IMG/VR virus record: IMGVR_UViG_3300032307_000369
Location: 1 to 64,000 of that record
Strand: one strand, 5' to 3'
Length of the DNA stretch: 64,000 nucleotides
In this document: positions 34,490 to 44,295 of the stretch, piece by piece
How positions within the stretch are numbered: position 1 is the stretch's first letter
Layout of the letters: every line of letters starts with the position of its first letter
Position numbers and translations under genes: made by a program
The notes under the pieces: model-generated
Seen by the model: the letters and a program-made list of their open reading frames with translations, nothing else
Databases searched by the model: none
Told to the model about the DNA's origin: nothing

Positions 34490-36379
34490 ATGTCAAAGAT
34501 CATCGGTATCGACCTCGGTACAACAAATTCATGCGTAGCCGTTATAGAGAACGGAATCCCCAAAGTTATTGAAAACAGCGAAGGTGCTAGAACAACACCA
34601 TCAATTGTTGCCTATGCCAATAACGAAATCTTAGTAGGTGCTAGCGCCAAACGTCAAGCAGTTACTAATCCTAAAAATACAATCTATGCTAGTAAGCGTC
34701 TAATTGGACGCAAGTTTGAAGAGCAGGCTGTACAAAAAGACATTGACCTAATGCCTTACAAAATTGTTCGTGCAGACAACGGTGATGCTTGGATTGAAGC
34801 TAACAACGACAAACTTGCACCCCCACAAATCTCCGCTGAAGTTCTTCGCAAAATGAAGAAAACTGCTGAAGATTACTTGGGCGAAACAGTTACTCAAGCA
34901 GTTATCACAGTACCAGCATACTTCAACGATAGTCAACGTCAAGCTACTAAGGATGCAGGTAAGATTGCAGGTTTAGAAGTATCGCGTATTATTAACGAAC
35001 CAACTGCGGCTGCTCTTAGCTACGGTGTTGATAAGACTGACAAAGCTGATAGAAAAATTGCTGTTTATGACCTTGGTGGTGGAACATTTGATGTCAGCAT
35101 TATTGACATTGCTGATGTTGATGGTGACAAACAAATTGAAGTACTGAGCACTAACGGAGACACGTTCTTGGGTGGTGAAGACTTTGACCAACGCATCATG
35201 GACTACTTAGTTGATGAGTTTAAGAAAGAACAAGGTGTTGACCTTAAGAAAGACATGTTGGCACTACAACGCTTAAAAGAAGCCAGTGAAAAAGCCAAGA
35301 TTGAACTATCAAGCAGTGCGCAAACAGATGTAAACTTGCCTTACATTACAGCAGATGCAAGCGGACCTAGACACATGGCAATTAAATTGACTCGTGCTAA
35401 ATTTGAGTCAATGGTTGAAGATTTGATTCAGCGCAGTTTAGATCCATGCCGTCAAGCTATGAAAGATGCAGGCGTGACAGCTAGCGACATTGACGAAGTT
35501 ATTTTGGTTGGTGGTCAAACCCGTATGCCTAAGGTGCAAGAAGAAGTTGAAAAACTTTTTGGTAAGGCTCCACGTCGTGATGTAAATCCTGACGAAGCTG
35601 TTGCAGTTGGTGCGGCAATTCAAGGCGCTGTTCTAGGTGGTGATCGTAAAGACGTATTGCTATTAGACGTAACTCCTTTGAGTCTTGGTATTGAGACACT
35701 GGGTGGTGTGATGACCAAGATCATTCAAAAGAACACAACTATCCCAACTAAAGGACAACAAACTTTCTCTACAGCAGAAGATAATCAACCAGCTGTGACA
35801 ATCAAGGTGTTCCAAGGCGAACGTGAACTTTGTCAGCATAATAAAATGTTAGGTGAATTTAATCTTGAAGGTATTGCTCCAGCACGTCGTGGTCAGCCAC
35901 AGATTGAAGTTACTTTTGACATTGATGCTAACGGCATTATGAACATTAGTGCTAAAGACAAATCAACTGGCAAAGAAAACAAGATCACTATTAAATCTGA
36001 TAGCGGCTTGAGCAAAGAAGAAATTGAAAAAATGATTCAAGATGCTGAAGCAAATGCTGAGGCTGATAAGAAAGCACGTGAACTAATTGATTCTCGCAAC
36101 AATGCAGAATCGCAAGTACACTCTGTTAAGAAAGACTTAACAGAATATGGTAGTAAAATTACTGAAGCTGATAAGTCTAACATAGAAACTGCTATTACAC
36201 ATGTAGAAGATTCTATCAAAGGCAATGATGCTGAAGTGATTACTAAATCAGTAAGTGCATTGTTTGAAGCAATGACACCACTGATTCAAGCAAAGACTAG
36301 TACTGCTTCAGAAAGCAACAACAATAATCAAGACGATGTTGTTGATGCTCAATACACTGAAACACCTAAGTCTGAATAA
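34490..36379 (+). CDS. dnaK: Chaperone DnaK (Hsp70)
   Basis: [50 protein letters not shown]. Confidence 0.98.
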   Translation: MSKIIGIDLGTTNSCVAVIENGIPKVIENSEGARTTPSIVAYANNEILVGASAKRQAVTNPKNTIYASKRLIGRKFEEQAVQKDIDLMPYKIVRADNGDAWIEANNDKLAPPQISAEVLRKMKKTAEDYLGETVTQAVITVPAYFNDSQRQATKDAGKIAGLEVSRIINEPTAAALSYGVDKTDKADRKIAVYDLGGGTFDVSIIDIADVDGDKQIEVLSTNGDTFLGGEDFDQRIMDYLVDEFKKEQGVDLKKDMLALQRLKEASEKAKIELSSSAQTDVNLPYITADASGPRHMAIKLTRAKFESMVEDLIQRSLDPCRQAMKDAGVTASDIDEVILVGGQTRMPKVQEEVEKLFGKAPRRDVNPDEAVAVGAAIQGAVLGGDRKDVLLLDVTPLSLGIETLGGVMTKIIQKNTTIPTKGQQTFSTAEDNQPAVTIKVFQGERELCQHNKMLGEFNLEGIAPARRGQPQIEVTFDIDANGIMNISAKDKSTGKENKITIKSDSGLSKEEIEKMIQDAEANAEADKKARELIDSRNNAESQVHSVKKDLTEYGSKITEADKSNIETAITHVEDSIKGNDAEVITKSVSALFEAMTPLIQAKTSTASESNNNNQDDVVDAQYTETPKSE

Positions 36380-36427
36380 GGTACCTTTAAGGGCCTAATT
36401 TGATTCTTACTTTAAAAGGAGATTATC

Positions 36428-36862
36428 ATGAATCAACTAAGAACTATAGATGCAGATACATTAACAAAAGCTCTAATTGGATTTGACACAATGTTTGATC
36501 AATTCGAACGTAGATTTTCTAATTCAATTAGCAACACTTACCCTCCTCATAATGTTATCAAAATTGATGACAACAATTATGAGATCCAAGTGGCTGTGAC
36601 TGGTTTTGGAAAAGACGAAGTCACTGTTGAACTTGATCAAAATGTATTAATTGTGACTGCTGGTAGAGATGTTGCAGAAGATGAAAAGACATATCTACAC
36701 CGAGGACTTGCACAACGCAATTTTGTTCGCAACTTCCCGCTTGCTGAACATATTGAGGTTAAAGGTGCAGAACAAAAGAATGGCATCTTGTCAATTAGAC
36801 TAGAACGCCTTGTTCCAGAAGCACTCAAGCCACGTCGAATTAATATCACGTATTCAGAGTAA
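36428..36862 (+). CDS. Small heat shock protein Hsp20 (IbpA-like)
   Basis: YPPHNV, IQVAVTGF, YLHRGLAQRNF.R.F.LA, A...NGIL.I.L.R.VPE. Confidence 0.93.
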   Translation: MNQLRTIDADTLTKALIGFDTMFDQFERRFSNSISNTYPPHNVIKIDDNNYEIQVAVTGFGKDEVTVELDQNVLIVTAGRDVAEDEKTYLHRGLAQRNFVRNFPLAEHIEVKGAEQKNGILSIRLERLVPEALKPRRINITYSE

Positions 36863-36866
36863 TTGG

Positions 36867-36897
36867 CAAAGGGGCCACTTGTGCCCCTTTGTTATTT
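36867..36897 (+). terminator. Intrinsic terminator
   Basis: CAAAGGGGC/GCCCCTTTG stem then TTATTT. Confidence 0.7.
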
Positions 36898-36934
36898 GTA
36901 GTATAATAAGTAAAAATAATATTTAGGAAATTAA

Positions 36935-37237
36935 ATGGGTGAAATTGCTACCAAACAAAAAAGTCTAGTAACTACAGATCTAATTGAACCTAGAAAGTTC
37001 AAAGTGATCTTCTTCAATGATGACAAAACTCCAATGGACTTTGTTATAGATTTGCTAATCAACTTGTTTAACCATGATCAAACTAGTAGCAGTAAATTAA
37101 CAATGGAAATTCATCATGAAGGCTCAGCAGTGGTTGGTGTTTATCCTTATGAAATAGCCGAGCAAAAAGGAATTGAATCCACACACATTGCACGACAAGC
37201 AGGATACCCATTACTAATTAAAGTTGAATCGGAGTAA
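36935..37237 (+). CDS. clpS: Clp adaptor ClpS
   Basis: VIFFNDDKTPMDFVI, M.IH.EG.AVVG.Y..EIAE.K, GYPL. Confidence 0.93.
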   Translation: MGEIATKQKSLVTTDLIEPRKFKVIFFNDDKTPMDFVIDLLINLFNHDQTSSSKLTMEIHHEGSAVVGVYPYEIAEQKGIESTHIARQAGYPLLIKVESE

Positions 37238-37239
37238 AG

Positions 37240-37785
37240 ATGAGTTTACGGGAAATTACTAAAGATCTACATCACGAAGCAGAAACAACAAAGTTTGCTA
37301 AGATGCTACTAAGTGGTAAAATTGGCAAGGAAGATTACAGAAACTATCTGTATAACTTACTAGCAATTTACGATCCAATTGAGTGGTACTGTAAACGTCA
37401 GGGCTTTCTTACTAACATGCCAGACCTGCCAAGACTCAAGTCTATCTATGCAGATTTTACAGAATTAGATGAGTGCGGATATTACTACCTAACTCCTGCT
37501 ACATTAGAATATCAAACATACTTACATAAACTAGGCAATGATCCAGAACGTAAACATCTTGTTAAGGCGCATTTATATTGCCGCCATATGGGCGACCTAT
37601 TCGGTGGCCAAATCATTAAGAAGCAAGTAGCACATATTTCAAGTGGTAAGTTTTACGACTTTGAAAATGCTGATGCTATGAAGATGGCTATTCGTGAAAC
37701 ACTTACAGATGACTTGGGTGACGAAGCTCGGGTGGCATTTGAATTTGCTATTAAAATGATGCGTGATCTCTATGCCGGAGAGTAA
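37240..37785 (+). CDS. Heme oxygenase (HemO/Ho1-like)
   Basis: L.E.TKDLHH.AE, AHLYCRHMGDLFGGQII, F.FE..D. Confidence 0.92.
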   Translation: MSLREITKDLHHEAETTKFAKMLLSGKIGKEDYRNYLYNLLAIYDPIEWYCKRQGFLTNMPDLPRLKSIYADFTELDECGYYYLTPATLEYQTYLHKLGNDPERKHLVKAHLYCRHMGDLFGGQIIKKQVAHISSGKFYDFENADAMKMAIRETLTDDLGDEARVAFEFAIKMMRDLYAGE

Positions 37786-38458
37786 AGTATGGGACACCCT
37801 AATTGAAATCCAAGCTCTACTTGAGACGTCCTTTGAAAAAACAGGAGTCGAAGTCTTCGAGCCTGGCATGGATCGTTTTAATCAACCTGGTTGGGTTAAT
37901 CGTGTATGGACTAGCGATAAGTATCGTAGGGCCCACGTTGATGTCGTCGATGCTAGGCTAACCAAAGGTCTTTGGATGATGCACTGTTGCATCTTCCCGC
38001 ATACACATAATCCAGCTCCAATTTACGGCTTTGATGTTATTGCTGGTAAGAATAAAATTACTGGCTGTTTCCACGACTATTCAAAAGCAGGTGATCCTAA
38101 TCATCCCATGATGCAGTGGTTTCATGATGAAGTCAGTAAGTTAGAATGGCGCAGAGAGCGAACTTTACCTGAATGGGCCACTAACATTTTTAGTGGTAGC
38201 ATGGTTGCCGCAGGCAATGTACAAGATGAACAAGAACTAGAGCAAATTACTAATCTTGCTAAAACCACTATAGAACACTATCTAAGCACAGTTGCTGATA
38301 CTAACAATACCGTTCCTGATACTACATGGGATCAAAACTACTACGCACAGAATCAAAAATGTAACCCGCATACACCCAGAGTTATGGTTAGTTTAGGGCT
38401 TTCAGAAGATGATGTCAAGCATTTTATACAGGAATGTCTGTTTCCAGAGATTCGATAA
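37772..38458 (+). CDS. Ferredoxin-dependent bilin reductase, PcyX/PcyA family
   Basis: RRAHVDVVD, WMMHCCIFP, PIYGFDVIAG, W...IFS, QKCNPHT; start set to ATG 37772. Confidence 0.88.
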   Translation: MPESKVWDTLIEIQALLETSFEKTGVEVFEPGMDRFNQPGWVNRVWTSDKYRRAHVDVVDARLTKGLWMMHCCIFPHTHNPAPIYGFDVIAGKNKITGCFHDYSKAGDPNHPMMQWFHDEVSKLEWRRERTLPEWATNIFSGSMVAAGNVQDEQELEQITNLAKTTIEHYLSTVADTNNTVPDTTWDQNYYAQNQKCNPHTPRVMVSLGLSEDDVKHFIQECLFPEIR

Positions 38459-38468
38459 ATAATACATT

Positions 38469-40280
38469 ATGCGTTTAGATGAATTTCAATTAGCGGGACA
38501 AGTCCCTTCAACTGTACAAAGAGCTGTTCCAGCAACGGCTCAACCCACTGCACAACCAGCAATGTCCACAACGGGCACTGGAGCAACTGAACAAGATGCA
38601 AAAAATGCTCTTATATCTCTTGTAGATAATAGTAAAGATTTGCCACCAGATTCGCCAGTTCATGAATTTGTAAACAAGTTCTTAAATACAATCTTAACTC
38701 ACATACAAGATATACCAGTTCAAGAAGCATCAAAAATGCTTCAGAATATACAAGATGCTAACTCTGAACTTCTTCAAACAATACTGTTAAATCTACAACA
38801 ACTGACCCCAGAAGAATTAGCTATCGTAACTTCAGAAACCTCAGACATTAATGCAAAAGTTGAAGCAGTTAAGAAAATTGCAGATAGACTGTTAAAAACA
38901 AAGCCAGTACAAAAGGCGTTCAATAAACAAGTGGCCACTATTGAATTAGACGTTAAAGGTAATATTGGTAAACTTGACAGCGCAATTGAAAAACGAGCAC
39001 AAAAATTTGCTAGAGATTTTGGACTACCATTGAAGTGGGCTAGAAACTTGATTGGTATGTTTGATGTAAACATTACTAGAGAACAACGTGATGAATTTTT
39101 AGCCGCATGTGAAGCAGGAACTGCTCTAGATGTTGGTCAAATGATACAAGATGGTGAAGGCAAAGTTGAAGATTACGTACTACTAACACAGCCTAAAATT
39201 AAAGAAGTATTTGACAGTGTAAAAGATACTCTATTAGACATTTCATTAAGTACAGGTCAACGTGGTGCCACAGGACCTTTTGAGGCCATGATGGCTATCA
39301 TGGGAGGTTGTAAAAAGCCTGCACCAAATGAGGGCGGAGACCTTAAAACTAAAGATGGCTTAAAACTTGAAGTTAAAGCCACTTCTATTAGTCCAAGTAC
39401 AGAATCTCCAACTTCTGGAGGTAATACTAATGCATGGTTAGATTCTACTGCTGGAAAAGAAATTTCTGGATCTGCATTGAGAAAAGTGGCCAACGAATGG
39501 CTAAGAGATGTTGCTCCTGAAGCGTTAACTGATAAAAAATTCCAAACTGTTTGGAAAAAGGCTGATTTTAGATCAGGTGGGTTATCAAGTCTAAAAGAAG
39601 CACTAATAATGTTGAGAGATTTAGCTTACAAACCAGCTCCTGGCAAAAAGCTAATAACTGCCATGATGGCTGAAATGTATCCGAACATCACAAATCTTCA
39701 AAGTGAAGGTTACGATTTTGATGCCGCTTGTATGAGAATACTGAGTGCTATTGGAAAAAGCACAGGGGACATCAAAGCAGACAAACCATTTAAAGATGCA
39801 ATTGCTAAAGAGCAAGGAGTCATGGGCTTGTTAGAGTATATTAAAGGAAAAGGTAATGACGGATTTGTTTTCTTTAATAGTTCAACACAAAAATTTAAAA
39901 TTGTAATTGGTGTTAAAGGTGTAATTGCAGAGTTAGGTGCTAAAGATTCTAACTTGCACTTTGATGCTCCAATGACCATGGGCGGTTCTGCTAAGGCTAG
40001 TGCAGGCGTATATTATGGTGCAAAACCAGGAAGTCCAGAAGGCCAAGAATACTTGCAAAAATTCAACTCAAGTCCAGAAAGAGTTGAACTATATAGACAA
40101 GTACAACTGGCAAAACAAGCGGCAGCTCAAAACAAATCATTAGCCATGATTGAAGCCGCAAAAGAAGGCTTAACAGAATTTGAGTTTGAAGGTAAAAAAT
40201 ATTCTGTATCTAAAGCCGCTTTAAAGAAATATTTTGAGCCTGACATCCCAATGTCTAGAACCAAAAAGAAAACCCGTTAA
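38469..40280 (+). CDS. Large late protein with PD-(D/E)xK-like motif; possible head-packaged protein
   Basis: ATAAATA 8 nt upstream; MRLDEF N-terminus; GPFE..M....GGDL......LEVK. Confidence 0.6.
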   Translation: MRLDEFQLAGQVPSTVQRAVPATAQPTAQPAMSTTGTGATEQDAKNALISLVDNSKDLPPDSPVHEFVNKFLNTILTHIQDIPVQEASKMLQNIQDANSELLQTILLNLQQLTPEELAIVTSETSDINAKVEAVKKIADRLLKTKPVQKAFNKQVATIELDVKGNIGKLDSAIEKRAQKFARDFGLPLKWARNLIGMFDVNITREQRDEFLAACEAGTALDVGQMIQDGEGKVEDYVLLTQPKIKEVFDSVKDTLLDISLSTGQRGATGPFEAMMAIMGGCKKPAPNEGGDLKTKDGLKLEVKATSISPSTESPTSGGNTNAWLDSTAGKEISGSALRKVANEWLRDVAPEALTDKKFQTVWKKADFRSGGLSSLKEALIMLRDLAYKPAPGKKLITAMMAEMYPNITNLQSEGYDFDAACMRILSAIGKSTGDIKADKPFKDAIAKEQGVMGLLEYIKGKGNDGFVFFNSSTQKFKIVIGVKGVIAELGAKDSNLHFDAPMTMGGSAKASAGVYYGAKPGSPEGQEYLQKFNSSPERVELYRQVQLAKQAAAQNKSLAMIEAAKEGLTEFEFEGKKYSVSKAALKKYFEPDIPMSRTKKKTR

Positions 40281-40331
40281 ACACTAATTCACTAAGCATT
40301 TAATTTGTTGCCAGTTCTCCGTTAAATAATA

Positions 40332-40865
40332 ATGACGGAATTCGGAGAGCGAGCAATGAAAAAACAAATGTATGCCTGTCTTCTATTGGCTTGGGCAAGT
40401 GCTACTCATTCGGCACCATTAGGCGACTTTCAATTTAAAAGTCCAGCATTTAATGGTACTGGGTATAGTTCACATGTACTAACCATAGAAAATCAAGAAC
40501 GTACACGTCAAAAAGAACGTGAAGATAAGGTTCAAGCGGCTTTAGATAAAGCTGCCTCTGAAGCTAAAAACACTAACTTATCAAAATTTCTAAGCAATTT
40601 AGAAAGTAGAATCTACGCACAAATTAGCCAAAACGTAGCAACCGCTATGTTTGCAAATAACGGATGTAGTGTTAGTAGTTCTTCATCATGTCAAGGTTCT
40701 GTAAATTTCCAAGGTAATCAAATATCATGGCAAAGAGTCGCTGATGCATTTAACTGCACAGGCTCATCTAACGGAACTTGTATTCAACTAACAGTTGCAG
40801 ATCCAACAGGCACAACTACTAACATCTATGTGCCGTTAGAATCATTCCAAATGCCAGGGAATTAA
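40332..40865 (+). CDS. csgF: Curli assembly protein CsgF-like
   Basis: Signal peptide, F.SPAFNG, SKFL.NLESRIYAQIS; start may be ATG 40356. Confidence 0.8.
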   Translation: MTEFGERAMKKQMYACLLLAWASATHSAPLGDFQFKSPAFNGTGYSSHVLTIENQERTRQKEREDKVQAALDKAASEAKNTNLSKFLSNLESRIYAQISQNVATAMFANNGCSVSSSSSCQGSVNFQGNQISWQRVADAFNCTGSSNGTCIQLTVADPTGTTTNIYVPLESFQMPGN

Positions 40866-40868
40866 TAT

Positions 40869-42107
40869 ATGAAAAAGACTCTATTATCCCTAGCAATTTT
40901 AAGTATGCTTAGTGGCTGTGCAATATTGCAGTCTACTGGAGAATTTGATAAAACTCCAGAAGTAACAGGTCAAATGAAAGATGTAAAAAAAGAATTTGAC
41001 ACTATTCCTGGACCATCAGCTGGTAGACCACTAAGTGTTGCTGTTTATAGTTTCCAAGATAAAACAGGACAACGTAGACCACAGGCTAATATTGCTAGTT
41101 TATCAACAGCAGTTACACAGGGCGGTGAAACATTCTTAATACAAGCACTACAAAATGTAGGTCGTGGAGAATGGTTTGACGTAGTTGAACGTGTGGGTGT
41201 TGATAATCTAACAAAAGAAAGATTAATAATTCGTCAAATGCGAGAAGCATACGAAGGAAAAGATGCTAAACCATTACTACCAATGCAATTTGCAGGTGTA
41301 ATATTTGAAGGTGGAATCGTGGGCTATGACTCTAGTACAACCAGTGGTGGAGTAGGACAGCGTATTTTTGGTATTGGCAAACAAACTCAATGGTCTACTG
41401 ACAGAGTTACAGTAAGTTTAAGAGCAGTGTCAGTAAACACTGGTAAAGTACTAGCCAGTGTAACTGTACAAAAGACCATTATGAGTTCAGCAGACAGTGT
41501 ATCTGCATTGAAGTTTTTTGATGCTGGAACACAGGCTTTTGAAGCTGAAGCAGGTTTGACTATAAACGAGCCAGGCACTTATGCTGTAAAAGCAACTGTT
41601 GAAATGGCAGTGGTTGAGTTAATTAAAGAAGGTCAACGCAAGGGTGTATGGGATTTTAAGCAAGAGGCTAAACAACCTCCAGCCATGTCTTTCATACCTC
41701 CTACACAGACAGCCCCAGTAATTAGCAGTGAAGTAAAACAAGAAGTTAAAGTTGAGGAGAAAAAAGATGTCGTGGTTCAATCACAAACCCAATCCGAAAC
41801 CAAAACCAAGGCCGTACCCAGTACCGCCACAGAAGTAAAGAATGAAGAACCTAATGCTAATTTACAAGTAACAGCAATGCAAACTGGTGTAAAGCCAACA
41901 GTAGATTTATTTGGAGTTAGATATTTAAAAGAAGATTCATTTGTATATAAAGAAGCAAATGAAAAAAGTCAGCGCACCTGGCTATTGAAGAAAGGTGCTG
42001 AATTATACATTATTACTCCGGGGCCTGAGGGTTGGCACCAAGTAAGAGACGCAAGTAAGCGTAAAGGATTTGTCAAAGATTCAGTGCTCGGAACTGACAA
42101 ACCATAA
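40869..42107 (+). CDS. csgG: CsgG curli secretion channel lipoprotein fused to a C-terminal SH3b-like domain
   Basis: Lipobox LSGC, VAVYSFQDKTGQ, STAVTQG, F.VVER.G.DNLTKER.IIR; C-terminal L.KG......GW..V....KGFV. Confidence 0.92.
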   Translation: MKKTLLSLAILSMLSGCAILQSTGEFDKTPEVTGQMKDVKKEFDTIPGPSAGRPLSVAVYSFQDKTGQRRPQANIASLSTAVTQGGETFLIQALQNVGRGEWFDVVERVGVDNLTKERLIIRQMREAYEGKDAKPLLPMQFAGVIFEGGIVGYDSSTTSGGVGQRIFGIGKQTQWSTDRVTVSLRAVSVNTGKVLASVTVQKTIMSSADSVSALKFFDAGTQAFEAEAGLTINEPGTYAVKATVEMAVVELIKEGQRKGVWDFKQEAKQPPAMSFIPPTQTAPVISSEVKQEVKVEEKKDVVVQSQTQSETKTKAVPSTATEVKNEEPNANLQVTAMQTGVKPTVDLFGVRYLKEDSFVYKEANEKSQRTWLLKKGAELYIITPGPEGWHQVRDASKRKGFVKDSVLGTDKP

Positions 42108-42204
42108 AGATAGCGAGTACGGAGGAATGTCGAAGTAAACTTAATTAACGGCTAATGGCCAAGGAGCGTGATTGGAGAACATATAATCCAATCGTGTATA
42201 GAAG

Positions 42205-43179
42205 ATGGAAAAAAGAAGAACAGGCGGTGGTGGGTTGTCGAGTAAATTACTCACTAGTTTAGTGTTGTCCGCAATGACTACATTGGGCTACGCGGCTGAC
42301 AATAGTATCTATATTGATCAAGCAGGTGATAACAGCACAATTACTATAACACAAGATGGTGCTGGAAATAGAGTAAAAGGTATATTACTTAACGGCACAG
42401 CTGGAGGCACAACTGATCCAGCAAAACTAACAGGCAATGCACAGACAATTAACATTGAACAGACTGGTGCAACCAACGTTTTGGCTGTTGGTGTTAACTC
42501 AACACAAGGTGGTTCAGTTTCTGGATACGCTAACGTGGGTGTGAATTTGAATTACCAAGTGAGTGGTGGTGGTAATACTGGTTATATTAATATTAATAAT
42601 AATGGTCAAGGCACTGCAATTGGTAATGTTGTTAGTGTTGTTCAAAGTGGTGGCGGTGCAACTACTACACTTAACATGACTGGCACAAGTAATCAATTAA
42701 CAGTTGGGCAAAGTGGTGGAGCTAATAACTCATTTACTGGCACAATTAATGCTGACGACACTGTAGCAACTGTGAGTAATACTTTAGGTGGCGGTAACAG
42801 TACAACATTAGACATGACTGGCAATAAAGGTCAAGTTAGTGTTACAACAACTGGTGCTACAAACACAACCAGCGTAACACAAAGTGCATTTGGAACAACT
42901 GGTGCGCAAGTATTAGTTAACATTAACGGTTCTGGCAATGACACAACAATTACACAAAGTGGACTATATGACCATTTTGCTAGTCTAACTGTAGTTGGAA
43001 ACAGTAATGACTTCACTATTGCACAGTCTGGTGGTTCTGCAACTGGACACTCTGCTACAATGACTGTTAATGGAAGTTCAAACGTTGTTGGTGTTACGCA
43101 ACAGGGCTCAGTTTCCAATCTAGTTAACATGGCAGTAAGTGGTGGTAATAATACATACACAATATTACAAAAAAATTAA
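42205..43179 (+). CDS. Curlin-repeat (CsgA/B-like) protein
   Basis: Signal peptide; repeated xNxxxIxQxGxxN strands (NSIYIDQAGDNSTITITQDG ... NNTYTILQKN). Confidence 0.8.
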   Translation: MEKRRTGGGGLSSKLLTSLVLSAMTTLGYAADNSIYIDQAGDNSTITITQDGAGNRVKGILLNGTAGGTTDPAKLTGNAQTINIEQTGATNVLAVGVNSTQGGSVSGYANVGVNLNYQVSGGGNTGYININNNGQGTAIGNVVSVVQSGGGATTTLNMTGTSNQLTVGQSGGANNSFTGTINADDTVATVSNTLGGGNSTTLDMTGNKGQVSVTTTGATNTTSVTQSAFGTTGAQVLVNINGSGNDTTITQSGLYDHFASLTVVGNSNDFTIAQSGGSATGHSATMTVNGSSNVVGVTQQGSVSNLVNMAVSGGNNTYTILQKN

Positions 43180-43188
43180 GAGGTTGGA

Positions 43189-44295
43189 ATGAACGTATGG
43201 AAAGCAATATTACTTGTTTCGTTACTAAACCTGCCAAATGCTCATGCGGCAATTGGTAAAGTAACGGAGCAAGTAAACATACCGCCTACAATTCAACGAG
43301 ACAAATCAACTTTGACTGGTAGTAAAGGCACTGGCGTTGAAATGAATGACGCTATTCAAACCAAAGCAGGCAAAGTAGGAATTACATTTCAAGACGATAC
43401 TAGAGTACAAGTAAACGAAAATTCAAAATTAGTCATAGACGACTTCGTCTATGATGCAAAAAGCAAAAGTGGTAAACTTGGTGCTAAAATTGCACTGGGC
43501 ACAGTTCGTTACGCTAGCGGACAAATTGCTAAAAATAGTCCACAGAACGTAAACCTAAATACACCCAGTGCCACAGTGGCAGTACGTGGCACTGACTTTA
43601 CAGCCACAGTAGATGAATTAGGTGAATCAACTATTATTTTGCTACCTAGTTGTCCTAATGATAGACCAATGCGTACAGTGAGAGATATTGAAGCGGGTTG
43701 TAAAACAGGTGTGATTGAAGTTAGTAATGACGTAGGTACTGTAGTATTGAATCAGCCATTCCAAGTGACTAAGGTACAAAGCAGAACACAACCGCCTACT
43801 CCTCCAAAAACATTAGAGTTATCAGAAATGGCCATTAGTAACTTGTTAATTATAAGTCCTCCAAAGGAAGTTAAACAAGCACAAGAAGAACAACGCAAAA
43901 TGTTTAATCCATTAGACATAGATTTCTTAAAAGAAAAAGGATTAGAAAATTGGCTTGACATGCAGGCTGGTATTATTTACGAAGACAAGTTAAAGAAAAA
44001 CTTTTTAGACAATGATTTTTTAGCAAGTTTGTTTGAGATTATTGGTAATGAATTAGATCAAAAATTCTTAGATCCTGTGGATCCTGTATTACCTGATTAC
44101 AAAAGAGCAAGCGGTATAGTTGCCTATAAAGATGATACCAGTGTTGAATTGTGTAGAGATAACGGAGCTGATATACAGTGTGTTAGAACTCCACTTACAC
44201 AAAATTCAACTATCTATCAACACCAAGGTAGTTTAGAATTTAAGAATAGAATTAATCAGGGCGGCAACACTACCATTACGCTGATACAACGATGA
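43189..44295 (+). CDS. FecR-domain secreted protein
   Basis: D.IQT......ITF.D.T.V.V.ENS.LVID.F, G.VRYASG, TPSATVAVRGTDF. Confidence 0.85.
   Translation: MNVWKAILLVSLLNLPNAHAAIGKVTEQVNIPPTIQRDKSTLTGSKGTGVEMNDAIQTKAGKVGITFQDDTRVQVNENSKLVIDDFVYDAKSKSGKLGAKIALGTVRYASGQIAKNSPQNVNLNTPSATVAVRGTDFTATVDELGESTIILLPSCPNDRPMRTVRDIEAGCKTGVIEVSNDVGTVVLNQPFQVTKVQSRTQPPTPPKTLELSEMAISNLLIISPPKEVKQAQEEQRKMFNPLDIDFLKEKGLENWLDMQAGIIYEDKLKKNFLDNDFLASLFEIIGNELDQKFLDPVDPVLPDYKRASGIVAYKDDTSVELCRDNGADIQCVRTPLTQNSTIYQHQGSLEFKNRINQGGNTTITLIQR

Noticed and set aside
25185-37237. Bacterial chromosome rather than phage (dnaK, clpX, rpsU, guaC, groES)
   Set aside because: The usual operon partners (clpP, dnaJ, grpE, groEL, dnaG) are absent, and rIIA/rIIB, Rnl1, late promoters and dense small hypothetical genes indicate a phage.
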